A stretch of 64,000 nt of DNA from Turneriella sp. (GCA_046346875.1 JAXMHG010000006.1:54478-118477), one strand, 5' to 3'; positions 26,015 to 37,907 are shown, numbered from the stretch's first letter. The notes: a model not told the origin generated them from the sequence alone. Translations and numbers: made by a program.

Positions 26015-26503
26015 GTGCTGACGCAGCGTATTGGCAAAATTATCGAGCGCAGCCGTGAACACTGGCTGTTTGTGCCGCTTTTTGTTCTCCTGATACTCTC
26101 TTTTGTCTACGTGTTTTTCATTGGTGACAAGGGTCTGATGGCTTACCGGGTTCGTATGCGTGAAAAAGAAGATCTCAAGACGCAGATTGAAAGCCTTACA
26201 CGCCAAAAGGCGGAGCTGAGGCAAAAGCTTGCCATGCTCCGGAACAAAGAGATGGCAGTGCAGAAGTTTTCCAAGGATTTTTACCTTTTCCAAGAGAAGG
26301 TGCGGATCCTGAAATTTCGGGAGTCCGCTGAAGAGAAGCCGGCGGAACAGAATGAATCGGCCGACCTCGGTACCCTGCAGAAGTCTTATATCATCATTTC
26401 GACCCTGGTGATCGCCCTCGTAACGCTCTTCTTTTACCGCCGCAATGCGGCACAGATGAATCTTGACCGTGTGCGACCGTTTGCTTTGAGTGACGGCGAA
26501 TGA
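26015..26503 (+). CDS. Septum formation initiator (FtsB/DivIC-like) with an extra C-terminal TM helix
   Basis: TM, then GDKGLMAY, coiled coil, AVQKFSKDFYLFQE; second hydrophobic helix near the C-terminus. Confidence 0.7.
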   Translation: MLTQRIGKIIERSREHWLFVPLFVLLILSFVYVFFIGDKGLMAYRVRMREKEDLKTQIESLTRQKAELRQKLAMLRNKEMAVQKFSKDFYLFQEKVRILKFRESAEEKPAEQNESADLGTLQKSYIIISTLVIALVTLFFYRRNAAQMNLDRVRPFALSDGE

Positions 26504-28053
26504 TCTTTCGTCGTTTGTTGCCACTGTTTTTCGCAGCGTTACTGCCGCTTGTTGCGGCCAACAAGCTGGAGAAATACCACGCTGCAGTAGCCGATTACGA
26601 AGCCCGGCGTTACGCACAGGCAGTGGAGCTATTTTCGCAATTCGTCAAAGAGAACCCGTATGAACCCGAAGTTCGCAAGGCATGGTTCTACATGACAAAT
26701 GCGCTCGCCGAGCAGGGCAACTGCCACGAGGCGCTGGCAAGAGCGAACATCACACTCGACCGCTACCCGGTACATCCCGATAAGTCTGAACTGCTCGTCA
26801 TCAGTGCCGAGTGTTTATACCGTGTGAATGCGCACACCCGCGCTGAGAAGACACTTTCGGGCCTGCGCAGGGTTGAAGAGATGCCGTCGCTCGCCTACCG
26901 GGCAGAACGCCTGCGCGGAATGATCGCTTACGATGCGCGGGGGTATGCCCGCGCCGAAAAACACTACCGGGCGGCTCTTCAACACGCCGCCAGGCTCGGT
27001 ATTGAAGATACAACGCTGCTCAGGGTGAATGCCGATCTTGGCCGCATATATGCCACCGATTCACTTCGGACTGAAGAAGCCGTAGCTTACCTGTCGCGCG
27101 CAGTTGCGCTGGCAGAAAAGTTTGAACCTGGCCAGGCGCGGTCGCTGAAAACACTGCTGCGGCGGTTGTCTCTGCGGCGTATCGACAAGCTGAACGGTCT
27201 CGACGATAATTCGATTGCCGATATCCGGGTTGACGGCGACGACGTCTATGTTGCCACCTGGGGCGGTGGACTGGTCCGTTACACACGTTCGCAGGATAAG
27301 CTGGCAAAAATTCCACTGCCTTCACCGCAGCTGCGGGGACTCTATGCCGATTTCGAAGAGATCTTTGTCGCTTCGTACGATGGTATTTTTCGTATCAGCA
27401 AAAAGACCGGCACGACCGAGTCCATTAATGATGCTAAAGGAACGCTCCGCCTTGGTCAGAAAATCATCAAAGATGACCGCTTCATCTACTGTTCGACACT
27501 CAGCCGCGGCCTGATACAGTATGACAGTATCAAGAGGGGCGTCACCACGCTCGGTAAAGATTCGTGGGTGAAATCTGACCAGGTATACGCGATCGATGCA
27601 GACCTCGAGTATGTCGCCGTGGGTACCCTCGACCAGGGGGCGCTGATTCACCACAAGGCGAGCGGCGAAACCATACAGATTACGAAGGGCGAGAATGACC
27701 TGCGTTCAGAGAATGTTAAAGCGGTTTTACTGGACGGTCGTTACGTCTATATCGCCGCACACAATGACGGTGTGTACGCGTATGACCTGCAGCAAAAGAA
27801 GCTCCGTCGCTTAGAAGCCGAGATACCTTTTCCGTCGGCGCTCGCGCGCCGTGAAAACGAAATATTTATCGGCACTTCAGGGCAGGGGGTGCGCGTGCTC
27901 GATCGTAACACCGGCAGACTCGAGCGTATTACCGCAGTCGAAGGGCTGTCATCTAACGAAGTGCAGATACTGCGCGTTGAAGGGGAGTTTCTCTGGATTG
28001 GTTACCTTGAGCACGGTATCGACGTTCTCTACCGCCCGTCAAAGAAAGACTAA
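26500..28053 (+). CDS. Exported TPR + beta-propeller protein
   Basis: Signal peptide, N-terminal TPRs, propeller blade repeats (GLDDNSIADI, YVATWGGGL, GLSSNEVQIL); ATGA overlap. Confidence 0.8.
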   Translation: MIFRRLLPLFFAALLPLVAANKLEKYHAAVADYEARRYAQAVELFSQFVKENPYEPEVRKAWFYMTNALAEQGNCHEALARANITLDRYPVHPDKSELLVISAECLYRVNAHTRAEKTLSGLRRVEEMPSLAYRAERLRGMIAYDARGYARAEKHYRAALQHAARLGIEDTTLLRVNADLGRIYATDSLRTEEAVAYLSRAVALAEKFEPGQARSLKTLLRRLSLRRIDKLNGLDDNSIADIRVDGDDVYVATWGGGLVRYTRSQDKLAKIPLPSPQLRGLYADFEEIFVASYDGIFRISKKTGTTESINDAKGTLRLGQKIIKDDRFIYCSTLSRGLIQYDSIKRGVTTLGKDSWVKSDQVYAIDADLEYVAVGTLDQGALIHHKASGETIQITKGENDLRSENVKAVLLDGRYVYIAAHNDGVYAYDLQQKKLRRLEAEIPFPSALARRENEIFIGTSGQGVRVLDRNTGRLERITAVEGLSSNEVQILRVEGEFLWIGYLEHGIDVLYRPSKKD

Positions 28054-28093
28054 CAGGCTCCTGGTAACACGACCTGGCGGGCTGTGTTACCGG

Positions 28094-28948
28094 CTATTCT
28101 GAAAAACGGATACGCGGATTTTTCTGAGCTGCGGAGAGAAAGTCGCGCCAGATGTGGTCGTTCATATTGACGCCCTGGCCGGTAGGCGCCATGTACTGCA
28201 GCTTCAGCACAATGTGGCTGCCTGACATCTGTGCGAGCACTCGCGGTTCACGGTATGAAGAGATCATATCCACTTCGCTGTTGATCTGCAGCTGCTCTTT
28301 GGCGGCGAGAGCTTCTTCGTAACGGCGGTGGGCAATTTTTTCCAGCAGGTTCGCTGCGGTTTTCCAGTCGGCGCGGTTCGAAAGATGTACCTGCAGCTCC
28401 TGGAAGATATGCCCGACGTTGGCGCCGGTAGTGGCAAAACTCTCGGTAAATATCTTTGCGTTCGGGAAAAAAACCACGCGGCCAGTGCTCTGTCCACCTT
28501 CTGCCTGCGATACCTCCATGACGCTCGTTTCCATGAGGCGGATATCAACTACGTCACCGGCGATATTGCCGATCTGTATGCGATCGCCAATGATGAAGGG
28601 CCTGCGGATCATGATATAGGCCCAGCCCACCACGCAAACCCAGAGGTCGCGTGTCACAATCAGGAAGCCCGCGCCGAATATACCTAGAAAGGTCGCGATA
28701 CTGCGGATTGAGGGAAGCCAGATGGGCAGTAACAGGAATATCGCAATAAACGATATGATATAGCTGACAGTGCGCCGGTACCGCAGACGCAGGAATTTAT
28801 CCTGTATATTGCGGTAAGCTATGCGCAGGACGATCAGCCGTACCAGCAGCAGCACCCCGACGACCATGGCCGTCGAGGCGAACGCATGACCGCTGGTCAG
28901 GCGTTGCCACAGAGCGTTGAGATTCTGCGGAGAGAAATACTCAAACAT
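28094..28948 (-). CDS. MscS-family mechanosensitive channel
   Basis: Three TM helices, RPFIIGDRIQIG, GDVVDIRL, FFPNAKIF. Confidence 0.88.
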   Translation of the reverse strand: MFEYFSPQNLNALWQRLTSGHAFASTAMVVGVLLLVRLIVLRIAYRNIQDKFLRLRYRRTVSYIISFIAIFLLLPIWLPSIRSIATFLGIFGAGFLIVTRDLWVCVVGWAYIMIRRPFIIGDRIQIGNIAGDVVDIRLMETSVMEVSQAEGGQSTGRVVFFPNAKIFTESFATTGANVGHIFQELQVHLSNRADWKTAANLLEKIAHRRYEEALAAKEQLQINSEVDMISSYREPRVLAQMSGSHIVLKLQYMAPTGQGVNMNDHIWRDFLSAAQKNPRIRFSE

Positions 28949-28954
28949 GCGCTA

Positions 28955-30763
<1,809 letters not shown>

Positions 30764-30848
30764 GTGTTGTCTGCTTCTTTGCACCGCCAAAAAGAGAAAA
30801 TTTGATAGGGTGTAAAGTACAACCGGGCCCGGTGCGTACCTGGGGGGC

Positions 30849-31400
30849 CTATTTCTTTTTGTCGCCGGACGTCACGGCGCAGTTGCAGCGTTCGCTGGTG
30901 TATTTATAGAACTCACCAAAAAATTCAGCATCGAAGAAGCCAAAGAGCTCACGGAACAGCTTTTCATCAATCGAGGTGAGCTCGGCAAAACGCCAGGTTG
31001 CCCCGCCATCGGTAGAGACTGCCAGCACATTGTAGCGCAGGTTCATGGTTTCTTTTTCCATTTGCCACTCGCTCTTGCGCTCTACCAGGGCAAAAAGCTG
31101 GCCTTGCAGGTAGTAGATGCGGTCAGGCCTGATGATGGAGAATTTCTTTAACCTGATGTTCTCTTTCCGGTTCGATTCGAACTCCGCCCTGATGCGTGCG
31201 GCTGTAACCGAGGCCCCGCCTGTGCGATCGAGAACAGCCTGTGCCGTGTAGCGCACCAGGGTGTCGGCGTCTTCGCGCTGGAACGCCTCAGTCATCTCGA
31301 CTGCCGAACGGCGTACACGCTCAGCCAGGTCTTCGGCTGCCAGAGGTTGGTGCAGAGAGAACGCGGCACAGATCAGGAAGGGATAAATCTTTTGTTTCAC
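30849..31400 (-). CDS. Hypothetical exported protein
   Basis: GTG start, signal-peptide-like N-terminus, alpha+beta (NTF2-like) pattern. Confidence 0.65.
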   Translation of the reverse strand: MKQKIYPFLICAAFSLHQPLAAEDLAERVRRSAVEMTEAFQREDADTLVRYTAQAVLDRTGGASVTAARIRAEFESNRKENIRLKKFSIIRPDRIYYLQGQLFALVERKSEWQMEKETMNLRYNVLAVSTDGGATWRFAELTSIDEKLFRELFGFFDAEFFGEFYKYTSERCNCAVTSGDKKK

Positions 31401-31442
31401 GGGCCATGGCCTGTTTGTGCGCCCGGGTGAAAATAGTTCTTA

Positions 31443-31465
31443 CAGGCTCCTGGAAAAGGAACCTG
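31443..31465. terminator. Hairpin CAGGCTCCT-GGAAA-AGGAACCTG (same family)
   Basis: Imperfect inverted repeat 14 nt downstream of the SCO stop. Confidence 0.5.
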
Positions 31466-31479
31466 CTAATGGAAAGGGC

Positions 31480-32181
31480 TTATGTTCCTTCGGTTCTGAG
31501 CTGCCCGAGCTCACGGTTCAGGCGTTCAAGGTCGGGCAGGCCCCGCGTACGGTAGATGCCGCGCAGGTAGAGACCCGTGTCGAGCAGGTAGACCGATTCG
31601 GTATGCAGAAAATCCGCCGCATCTTTTGAGCCGCGTACAGTGACGTCGGCCTGGAAAACGGAACGGGCAAGCTCATAAATTTCGCTTTTGCTGCCTGTAG
31701 TAAAGTGCCAGTCTGCGAACGGAACCTTGTTGCGCGCACGAAACTGGCGCAGTTCTTCGGGTTTGTCGTGTTCAGGGTCAACACTGATAGAAAGGAAAAC
31801 GACATTGCGCCGGTCATTCAGCTGCTCGCGCAGGCGTTTCACATTTGCCGTAACCATTGGGCAAATACCCGAACAGCGGCTGAAGAAAAAAGAAACAAGA
31901 ACGTACTTGCCGCTGAGATCGGCAGTTGCCAGCGCTTTGCCATCGCTGTCGGTGAGCGATAGGTTCGACAGGCGGCGCAGGTCTGGCGGCAGTGCCTTAC
32001 CGTCGTTCGTCCAGTAAGGATTCATGTCTGCACCTTTAAAAAACGGAACTTTGCCGGGTATCGGTGCGTAGAATTCGGTAAGTTCGCGCGGCATCTCGGG
32101 CCTCTTGTTGCCCGCGCAGGCAGCAGCAAGAAGCAGCAGGACGATCAGCGTTTGCCGGTTGTTTCTTTTACACTGTTGCAC
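31480..32181 (-). CDS. SCO1/SenC copper chaperone, lipoprotein
   Basis: Lipobox LAAAC, FFFSRCSGICP (CxxxC), FLHT (His ligand). Confidence 0.92.
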   Translation of the reverse strand: MQQCKRNNRQTLIVLLLLAAACAGNKRPEMPRELTEFYAPIPGKVPFFKGADMNPYWTNDGKALPPDLRRLSNLSLTDSDGKALATADLSGKYVLVSFFFSRCSGICPMVTANVKRLREQLNDRRNVVFLSISVDPEHDKPEELRQFRARNKVPFADWHFTTGSKSEIYELARSVFQADVTVRGSKDAADFLHTESVYLLDTGLYLRGIYRTRGLPDLERLNRELGQLRTEGT

Positions 32182-32714
32182 AATTTTACTCCGGGCATTC
32201 CCTGTTCGAGATTTTCGGCATAGACCTCGTTGCGGTATATTTGTCCTGATTCACGCCAGTGCTTATACACCAGCGCACGGCCTTCTCTGTCGTAACGCTT
32301 GAACTCCGCCACCTTGCCGTTGGTATGCCACGACCAGAATTCATTCACGTAGCGGTCGTCTTTGAATTCAGCGTAAAAACGGTTTGTGCCGTCGGGAAAA
32401 TAGCCGCGGTGCACACCGGTTTTTTTGCCTTCGCTGAAGAGCCGCTCTTCGACCAGCATACCGTTTTCAGCCCAGGTGCGTTGCGGGCCATGTTCCAGCC
32501 CATTGCGGTAGGTCGTAACCTGCCTAGCGTTCACGCCGCCGAATTCGCGTGTGACTTCACCATCAAGCGGTGTACCCCGGTAGAGCAGGCGGCCGTTGCT
32601 GATCGCCAGTTGTTTTTCGTCGAAAGTAACCTGGTACTGTTTACGGCAGCCAGCAAAAAGAAGCAGCGCGAGCAGCAAGGGGGAGCGTATGCGGTTCTGC
32701 CACAGCGCGCGCAT
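32145..32714 (-). CDS. MORN-variant (YwqK-like) repeat lipoprotein
   Basis: Lipobox LFAGC; repeats YRNGLEHG, GKKTGVHRGYFPDG, WHTNG; C-terminal GMPGVKLC. Confidence 0.8.
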   Translation of the reverse strand: MRALWQNRIRSPLLLALLLFAGCRKQYQVTFDEKQLAISNGRLLYRGTPLDGEVTREFGGVNARQVTTYRNGLEHGPQRTWAENGMLVEERLFSEGKKTGVHRGYFPDGTNRFYAEFKDDRYVNEFWSWHTNGKVAEFKRYDREGRALVYKHWRESGQIYRNEVYAENLEQGMPGVKLCNSVKETTGKR

Positions 32715-32737
32715 GGTGTCTTTTTGCCTTTCTTCTG

Positions 32738-33739
32738 TCAGTTTGATACCGAACCGATGGTACCGCGGAAATACGAACCCATCAGCGTTTTGATCGTGGC
32801 AGTCGGATCCTGCGCATAGTGGTAGTGGTAGGTGGCGGTGGTCATGTGCCGGGTTTTGGTCGTATGGCCGTGCAGCTTGTCGAGCGAAGTCGCGCTGTCA
32901 CCGTTGCCGGCACCAGTGTCGTTTGCAGAATTGCCGGTTGCAGCAGCAGTGGGGGCGGTCAGCGTTACATCGTCGCTGGTGTCGGCCGTGCCATTGTCAC
33001 ATTTTTCTGCATAGATCAGGTAGCCGTCGAGGGCCACACCGATGAGGGTTGAGTCATTCATGTTCGAAGACAACTTGTTCACAGCTGCATGGTGGTGAAA
33101 GACGCCTTGGTTTTGCGGGTGGCCACCGTAGTTATCAAATGTAGCGGCTTCAACAGCAAGCGTGTCGGGTGGGGCCGCCGCGTTGTTAAAGACCGTGATG
33201 CCATTCGCGGTGATGCCAATCGCGACGAGACCACCCTGCGAGCTTGTGAGCGTACCTGATTTTAGGGTGGGTGTCTGCGGTATGGTAAAGGTCAGGTTTT
33301 GTGTCGAGATGACATTGGTTCCTGCAGAGATGTTCGTACCTGGTAAGGCCTCCCAAAGTGTTGCATTTTGCCCGGTCGTGCAATTCGTTGAACCTGCGCC
33401 ATGGGAACCGCAGTAATAGAAGCTGTTATGGTTCGGCAGGTTAACCGACTTAAAGATATAGTTGGTACCAGAGGTATAGGCAACCTGGCATTTGAAGTTG
33501 TCCTTTGCCCATGCAGGCATCGCAGAATCTATCGTCGTGTTCACATTCGTGATACAACCCGTCGTGGCATTGAGGGTTGCGCTTGTCGGGCTGATCGTTG
33601 CGCTCGTTGTCGGGTAGGATGTCGAACTAGAGCTGGTCGTCGTTGTCGATGCCTCTGTAGTAGAGTCGCTGTTCCCGGCACAGGCGGTCAGTACGCCAGC
33701 GATAAAAATTGCAAAAATCGGATACTTGGGTTTTTTCAT
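32738..33739 (-). CDS. YHYH-domain lipoprotein
   Basis: AGGAG RBS, lipobox VLTAC, Ser/Thr tether, GGHPQNQGVFHHH, GVALDGYLIY, LDKLHGH...TYHYHY. Confidence 0.85.
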   Translation of the reverse strand: MKKPKYPIFAIFIAGVLTACAGNSDSTTEASTTTTSSSSTSYPTTSATISPTSATLNATTGCITNVNTTIDSAMPAWAKDNFKCQVAYTSGTNYIFKSVNLPNHNSFYYCGSHGAGSTNCTTGQNATLWEALPGTNISAGTNVISTQNLTFTIPQTPTLKSGTLTSSQGGLVAIGITANGITVFNNAAAPPDTLAVEAATFDNYGGHPQNQGVFHHHAAVNKLSSNMNDSTLIGVALDGYLIYAEKCDNGTADTSDDVTLTAPTAAATGNSANDTGAGNGDSATSLDKLHGHTTKTRHMTTATYHYHYAQDPTATIKTLMGSYFRGTIGSVSN

Positions 33740-33881
33740 GGGTTACTCCTGAACAGTAGATCATCCTATAAGACAAACCGGACATAAAAAAAGTGACCCA
33801 TGAGCAAAAGTACTGGAGGCGGTATGCAAAGTCTGGCCACTGGACTTCCGCTTCTGCGGTAATTTTGGATGAGAGGTTATC

Positions 33882-34490
33882 ATGAAGAAAAAAATTCTAT
33901 CCATCATGCTTTTTGCCAATCTACTGGCCGTAGGTCAGGTCTCAGCCATAGGTGCCGGCGCATGGGTTGGGTATAACTTTGCAGCAGGCGTCGACAACGC
34001 GTATTGCGAATCGCAAATTGTCAGCCGTGCTGGAGAATGTTCGAAAGGTGGTCTCGCAGTGGGTGGTGACCTCTGGCTCTTTGGTATTCCGGCGTTGCCT
34101 GTCAGATTCGGCCTTGGAGCTGCGTATATTCCCGTCCAATACCAGAAATACGACATTACGACAGGCTCAGGCGGTTCAAGCTCGTTTGTCTCGATGGAGG
34201 TCAAAACTCGTTATCTGCCGGTTTATGCCCAGGCACGTGTCGACCTGATGGGCTTTTTCGCTGGCGTTACGGCAGGGTATGGTATCTCGTTGTCCGATGT
34301 GACCGTTTCAGGAAATACCTCCTCAAATTCTGCAGTTGTAAGTTCAGCATCGGGGGCATTTGGCATCGGTGGCTTCGCGGGTTATGGCATAGGGCTTGGC
34401 CCGGTCAGTATTGAAGGTGGCGCACGCCTGTTCACTATATCGGGTGCAACCAACATCATGCCGTTCGTTGGTGCTACTCTAAATCTCTAG
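33882..34490 (+). CDS. Outer membrane beta-barrel protein
   Basis: GAGG RBS, signal peptide, Gly/aromatic amphipathic strands. Confidence 0.75.
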   Translation: MKKKILSIMLFANLLAVGQVSAIGAGAWVGYNFAAGVDNAYCESQIVSRAGECSKGGLAVGGDLWLFGIPALPVRFGLGAAYIPVQYQKYDITTGSGGSSSFVSMEVKTRYLPVYAQARVDLMGFFAGVTAGYGISLSDVTVSGNTSSNSAVVSSASGAFGIGGFAGYGIGLGPVSIEGGARLFTISGATNIMPFVGATLNL

Positions 34491-34507
34491 CAGGTTTCAC
34501 GGTTACA

Positions 34508-34573
34508 CTGGCGCCCTTCAGTTATGAGGCATAATCTGAAGGGTGTCAGCTACTCTTTGCGCAGTAGCGCAAA
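34508..34573. terminator. Two adjacent hairpins after the OMP gene
   Basis: 14-bp stem 34508-34521/34536-34549 (2 G-U pairs) with inner TTATG/CATAA stem; TTTGCGC-AGTA-GCGCAAA at 34556-34573. Confidence 0.5.
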
Positions 34574-34724
34574 TACCTCTGTCCTATTGTTTAGTGAAAA
34601 CTGCTGGAAAAGCTGAGCGATTTATCTTCTCTTGAATATGGCACTTCCGCCATTCTATGTCCACCCGGTTGTTTGTCATCTCGTGTTATTGGCCCGCGGT
34701 CTCATCGCTGAGCGGTAGTCAATA

Positions 34725-37700
34725 ATGTCTTCCGTCTGGCCAGAAAACGAACAGGCGCGTCTCGAGGCCCTGCGCAGTTACCAGATTCTCGATACGCTGC
34801 CTGAAGCCAGTTTTGACAGGCTCACCCGGCTTGCCTCGGCCATCTGCGGCGTACCGATTGCGCTTGTCAGTCTGATTGACACTGAACGGCAGTGGTTCAA
34901 GTCACGCGTGGGGCTTGATGCAGCAGAAACCGCTCGCAGCATTTCATTCTGCCAGCATGCGATTCTCGGTACAGGAATCATGGAGGTCGAAGATGCGACG
35001 CGGGACGACCGATTTCGCGCGAACCCCCTCGTTACGGAAGATCCCGAAATCCGCTTTTATGCCGGCGCCCCACTGATTGATCCGGATGGTTTTGCGCTCG
35101 GCACGCTCTGTGTCATTGACCGGCAACCCCGCAGCCTGACCCAGGAGCAGCGCACAGCCCTGAGAGACCTCGCCGATGAGGTGATGGAGCATTTGCGAGT
35201 TCGCAAAGAACGCGACCGGTACCGGCATACGGGGTTCAGGCTCACTTCGATCATCGAAGGCACAAACGTTGGCACATGGGAATGGAATGTCCAAACCGGA
35301 GAGACAGTTTTCAATGAGCGGTGGGCAGAGATTATCGGGTATCAGCTTTCAGACCTTGCCCCGATCAATATAGACACCTGGCTCCGGTTTGCGCACCCTG
35401 AAGATCTTGCTGAGAGTTCAAAACAGCTCGATCTGCATTTCAATGGAAAAGCGTCTTTCTATGAATGTGAATCGCGTATGCGTCACCGCGACGGTCACTG
35501 GGTGTGGGTGCTCGACCGCGGTAAAGTTTTCAGCCGTACAGAAGATGGCAAACCACTCTGGATGTACGGAACGCATCAGGATATTACCGAACGCAAGGCT
35601 GTTGAAAAAGCCCTCGCTGATAGCAAGGCGCGTTATGCTTCAATTGTTGCAGCGCTACCCGATTTGGTTTTCCTCTTCGATGCTGAGGGGCGCTACCTCG
35701 ATTGTCATGCTGGCGATCATACACGGTTCTGGATGCCACCCGAGAAGTTTATCGGCAGGCTGATTAACGAAACTATGCCGCCTGATTTTGCCGCACTCTC
35801 GATGGCGAAACTGAACCAGGCGCTGGCTTCTCGTTCTCTGATTACTTATAAGTATGATAGTCGTAATCCAGTCAGTGGTGAAATCGAGTATTTTGAGGCG
35901 CGTATGGTGCCGACAGCGCAGAATCAAGTGCTTTGCGTTATCCGTGATATGTCCACTGAAACGCGGCAGAACCAAAAGTTGGCGCATGCGCAACAGTTGC
36001 TCACACTCACAGGCCGCGTAGCGAGACTAGGTGCATGGGAATACAGGCCTGACTCGGGGGAGTTTCTGCTTTCTGAGGTAGCGCGTGAGATACTTGACAT
36101 TCCGCCGGATTCGACTTTTACATTGCACAGTGCATTAGAGCGTTTCATTCAGTCATCTGACCGAGAGTTCATGCTGAATAATCTGAACGCAGCCATACAG
36201 ACGGGCAGGCCATTTGAGGCGGAGATAGTTCTGAAGAATTTTCACAGAGAATCATTCTGGGCCAAAATCAAAGCAGCCACCACCTTTCTGGAAGGTGTCT
36301 GCGTGAGCGTCTACGGCGTCTTGCAGGATATCGATTCTGCCAAAAAAATACAGCTTGAGCTGGCCGCAGTGAGTTCACGGTTGCAGAGTATTTTTGACGA
36401 GATGACAGACGTTGTCTGGTCGGCGAGCTTGCCCGATTATACGACAACTTTTGTTACGCCGTCGATAGAACAGATGTTTGGCTATTCGCCCGACGAGTGG
36501 CTCAGCGGCCGTGATATGACGCGCAAGACCATACATGAAGCCGACCTGCCTCGGCTTGTCGAGATGTTAGATGAGCTGGAGAAATATTCTCAATCTGAAA
36601 AAACGTATCGAATTGTCACTAAAGACGGACGCATCAAATGGATCAGGAACAGGGTAAAGCAGGTCTGCGATGAAAATGGGGTGCCGATACGGTTGGATGG
36701 ATATGTATCTGATGTAACCGAATTGCAGGCAAACATAGACGACTTGAGGCATGCGCAATTTCTCGCCGAGAGAGCGAATCTTGCCAAATCAGAATTTCTC
36801 TCGAGTATGAGTCACGAACTGCGCACCCCGCTGAATTCTATTCTGGGTTTTAGCCAGCTGCTCGAACTCAACTCGGCAAATCATTTGGATAATGAAGAAT
36901 TGGATCAGATTACCCATATCAGAAAGGCAGGTTCTCACCTGCTTAATTTAATCAATGACATACTGGATCTTTCGAGAATTGAAAGCGGCACCATAGCGCT
37001 TACTGAAGAAGTTGTAGAGGTGGGACAACTTATATCCGATGTTATGGCTTTCCTTCGGCCTGTGGCCGTTGCCAGACAGGTTACATTCAAACAGTACCAT
37101 CATACTGAAACTTATGTAAAGGCCGATCGCCTGCGCTTGAAGCAGGTACTGCTGAACCTGATTTCGAATGCTATCAAGTACAATCGGGAGCGAGGATGGG
37201 TTGCCATAGAGGTGGATGCTCAGCATCGGGATAATATTCAGGTTAATGTTAAAGATTCCGGATATGGGATTGAGGCAGAAAAGTTGTCACTGCTTTTCCA
37301 GCCTTTCCAGCGTCTGGGTGCAGAACGGTCGCAGATTGAAGGTACAGGCATCGGCCTGGTCATCGTGCGTCGTCTGGTTGAGCTGATGTCAGGACGCGTA
37401 ACTGTAAGCAGTGTTCCGGGAGAGGGGAGTGTATTTTCACTGGAGATACCCCGGGCTGAAAGGCCGTCTCAGCCAAAGCAGACAATCAAGACCGATGGTG
37501 GCGGCTTGCAGCAGATAGCACAGGCTACGGTGCTTTACGTTGAAGACAACGCAGACAACCGCTTTCTGATGGAACGCTTTTTTTCGCGTATACCTGGAAT
37601 CCGGTTGTTATTGACAGAAACCGGAAGATCAGGAATTGAAATTGCCGCTGCGGAAAACCCCAATCTTATTTTGCTGGATATCCACCTGCCCGAATTGGAC

Positions 37701-37907
37701 GGCTATCAGGTGCTCAACGCATTGAGGCAGAGTAAGGAAACTGCAAAAATACCGGTTGTGGCAGTCTCTGCCGCAGCCAACGAGCAGGATATCAGGAAGG
37801 GGCTGGCGGCCGGTTTTGATGATTATCTGACGAAGCCATTAAATTTGGATATTCTGACGGAGGTCGTTCTGAAATTCTGCAAAGCGCGCGGTGGCGGCCA
37901 GGGATGA
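34725..37907 (+). CDS. Cytoplasmic hybrid histidine kinase: GAF - multiple PAS - HisKA - HATPase - REC
   Basis: GAF (IRFYAGAPL), PAS/PAC repeats, H-box SMSHELRTPLNSI, GTGIGL, REC ILLDIHLPELDG. Confidence 0.92.
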   Translation: MSSVWPENEQARLEALRSYQILDTLPEASFDRLTRLASAICGVPIALVSLIDTERQWFKSRVGLDAAETARSISFCQHAILGTGIMEVEDATRDDRFRANPLVTEDPEIRFYAGAPLIDPDGFALGTLCVIDRQPRSLTQEQRTALRDLADEVMEHLRVRKERDRYRHTGFRLTSIIEGTNVGTWEWNVQTGETVFNERWAEIIGYQLSDLAPINIDTWLRFAHPEDLAESSKQLDLHFNGKASFYECESRMRHRDGHWVWVLDRGKVFSRTEDGKPLWMYGTHQDITERKAVEKALADSKARYASIVAALPDLVFLFDAEGRYLDCHAGDHTRFWMPPEKFIGRLINETMPPDFAALSMAKLNQALASRSLITYKYDSRNPVSGEIEYFEARMVPTAQNQVLCVIRDMSTETRQNQKLAHAQQLLTLTGRVARLGAWEYRPDSGEFLLSEVAREILDIPPDSTFTLHSALERFIQSSDREFMLNNLNAAIQTGRPFEAEIVLKNFHRESFWAKIKAATTFLEGVCVSVYGVLQDIDSAKKIQLELAAVSSRLQSIFDEMTDVVWSASLPDYTTTFVTPSIEQMFGYSPDEWLSGRDMTRKTIHEADLPRLVEMLDELEKYSQSEKTYRIVTKDGRIKWIRNRVKQVCDENGVPIRLDGYVSDVTELQANIDDLRHAQFLAERANLAKSEFLSSMSHELRTPLNSILGFSQLLELNSANHLDNEELDQITHIRKAGSHLLNLINDILDLSRIESGTIALTEEVVEVGQLISDVMAFLRPVAVARQVTFKQYHHTETYVKADRLRLKQVLLNLISNAIKYNRERGWVAIEVDAQHRDNIQVNVKDSGYGIEAEKLSLLFQPFQRLGAERSQIEGTGIGLVIVRRLVELMSGRVTVSSVPGEGSVFSLEIPRAERPSQPKQTIKTDGGGLQQIAQATVLYVEDNADNRFLMERFFSRIPGIRLLLTETGRSGIEIAAAENPNLILLDIHLPELDGYQVLNALRQSKETAKIPVVAVSAAANEQDIRKGLAAGFDDYLTKPLNLDILTEVVLKFCKARGGGQG

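Noticed and set aside
32145-32714. Toxin-antitoxin (YwqK) interpretation of the MORN-variant gene
   Set aside because: No toxin neighbour; it is a lipoprotein between YHYH and SCO, so the label only reflects the repeat family
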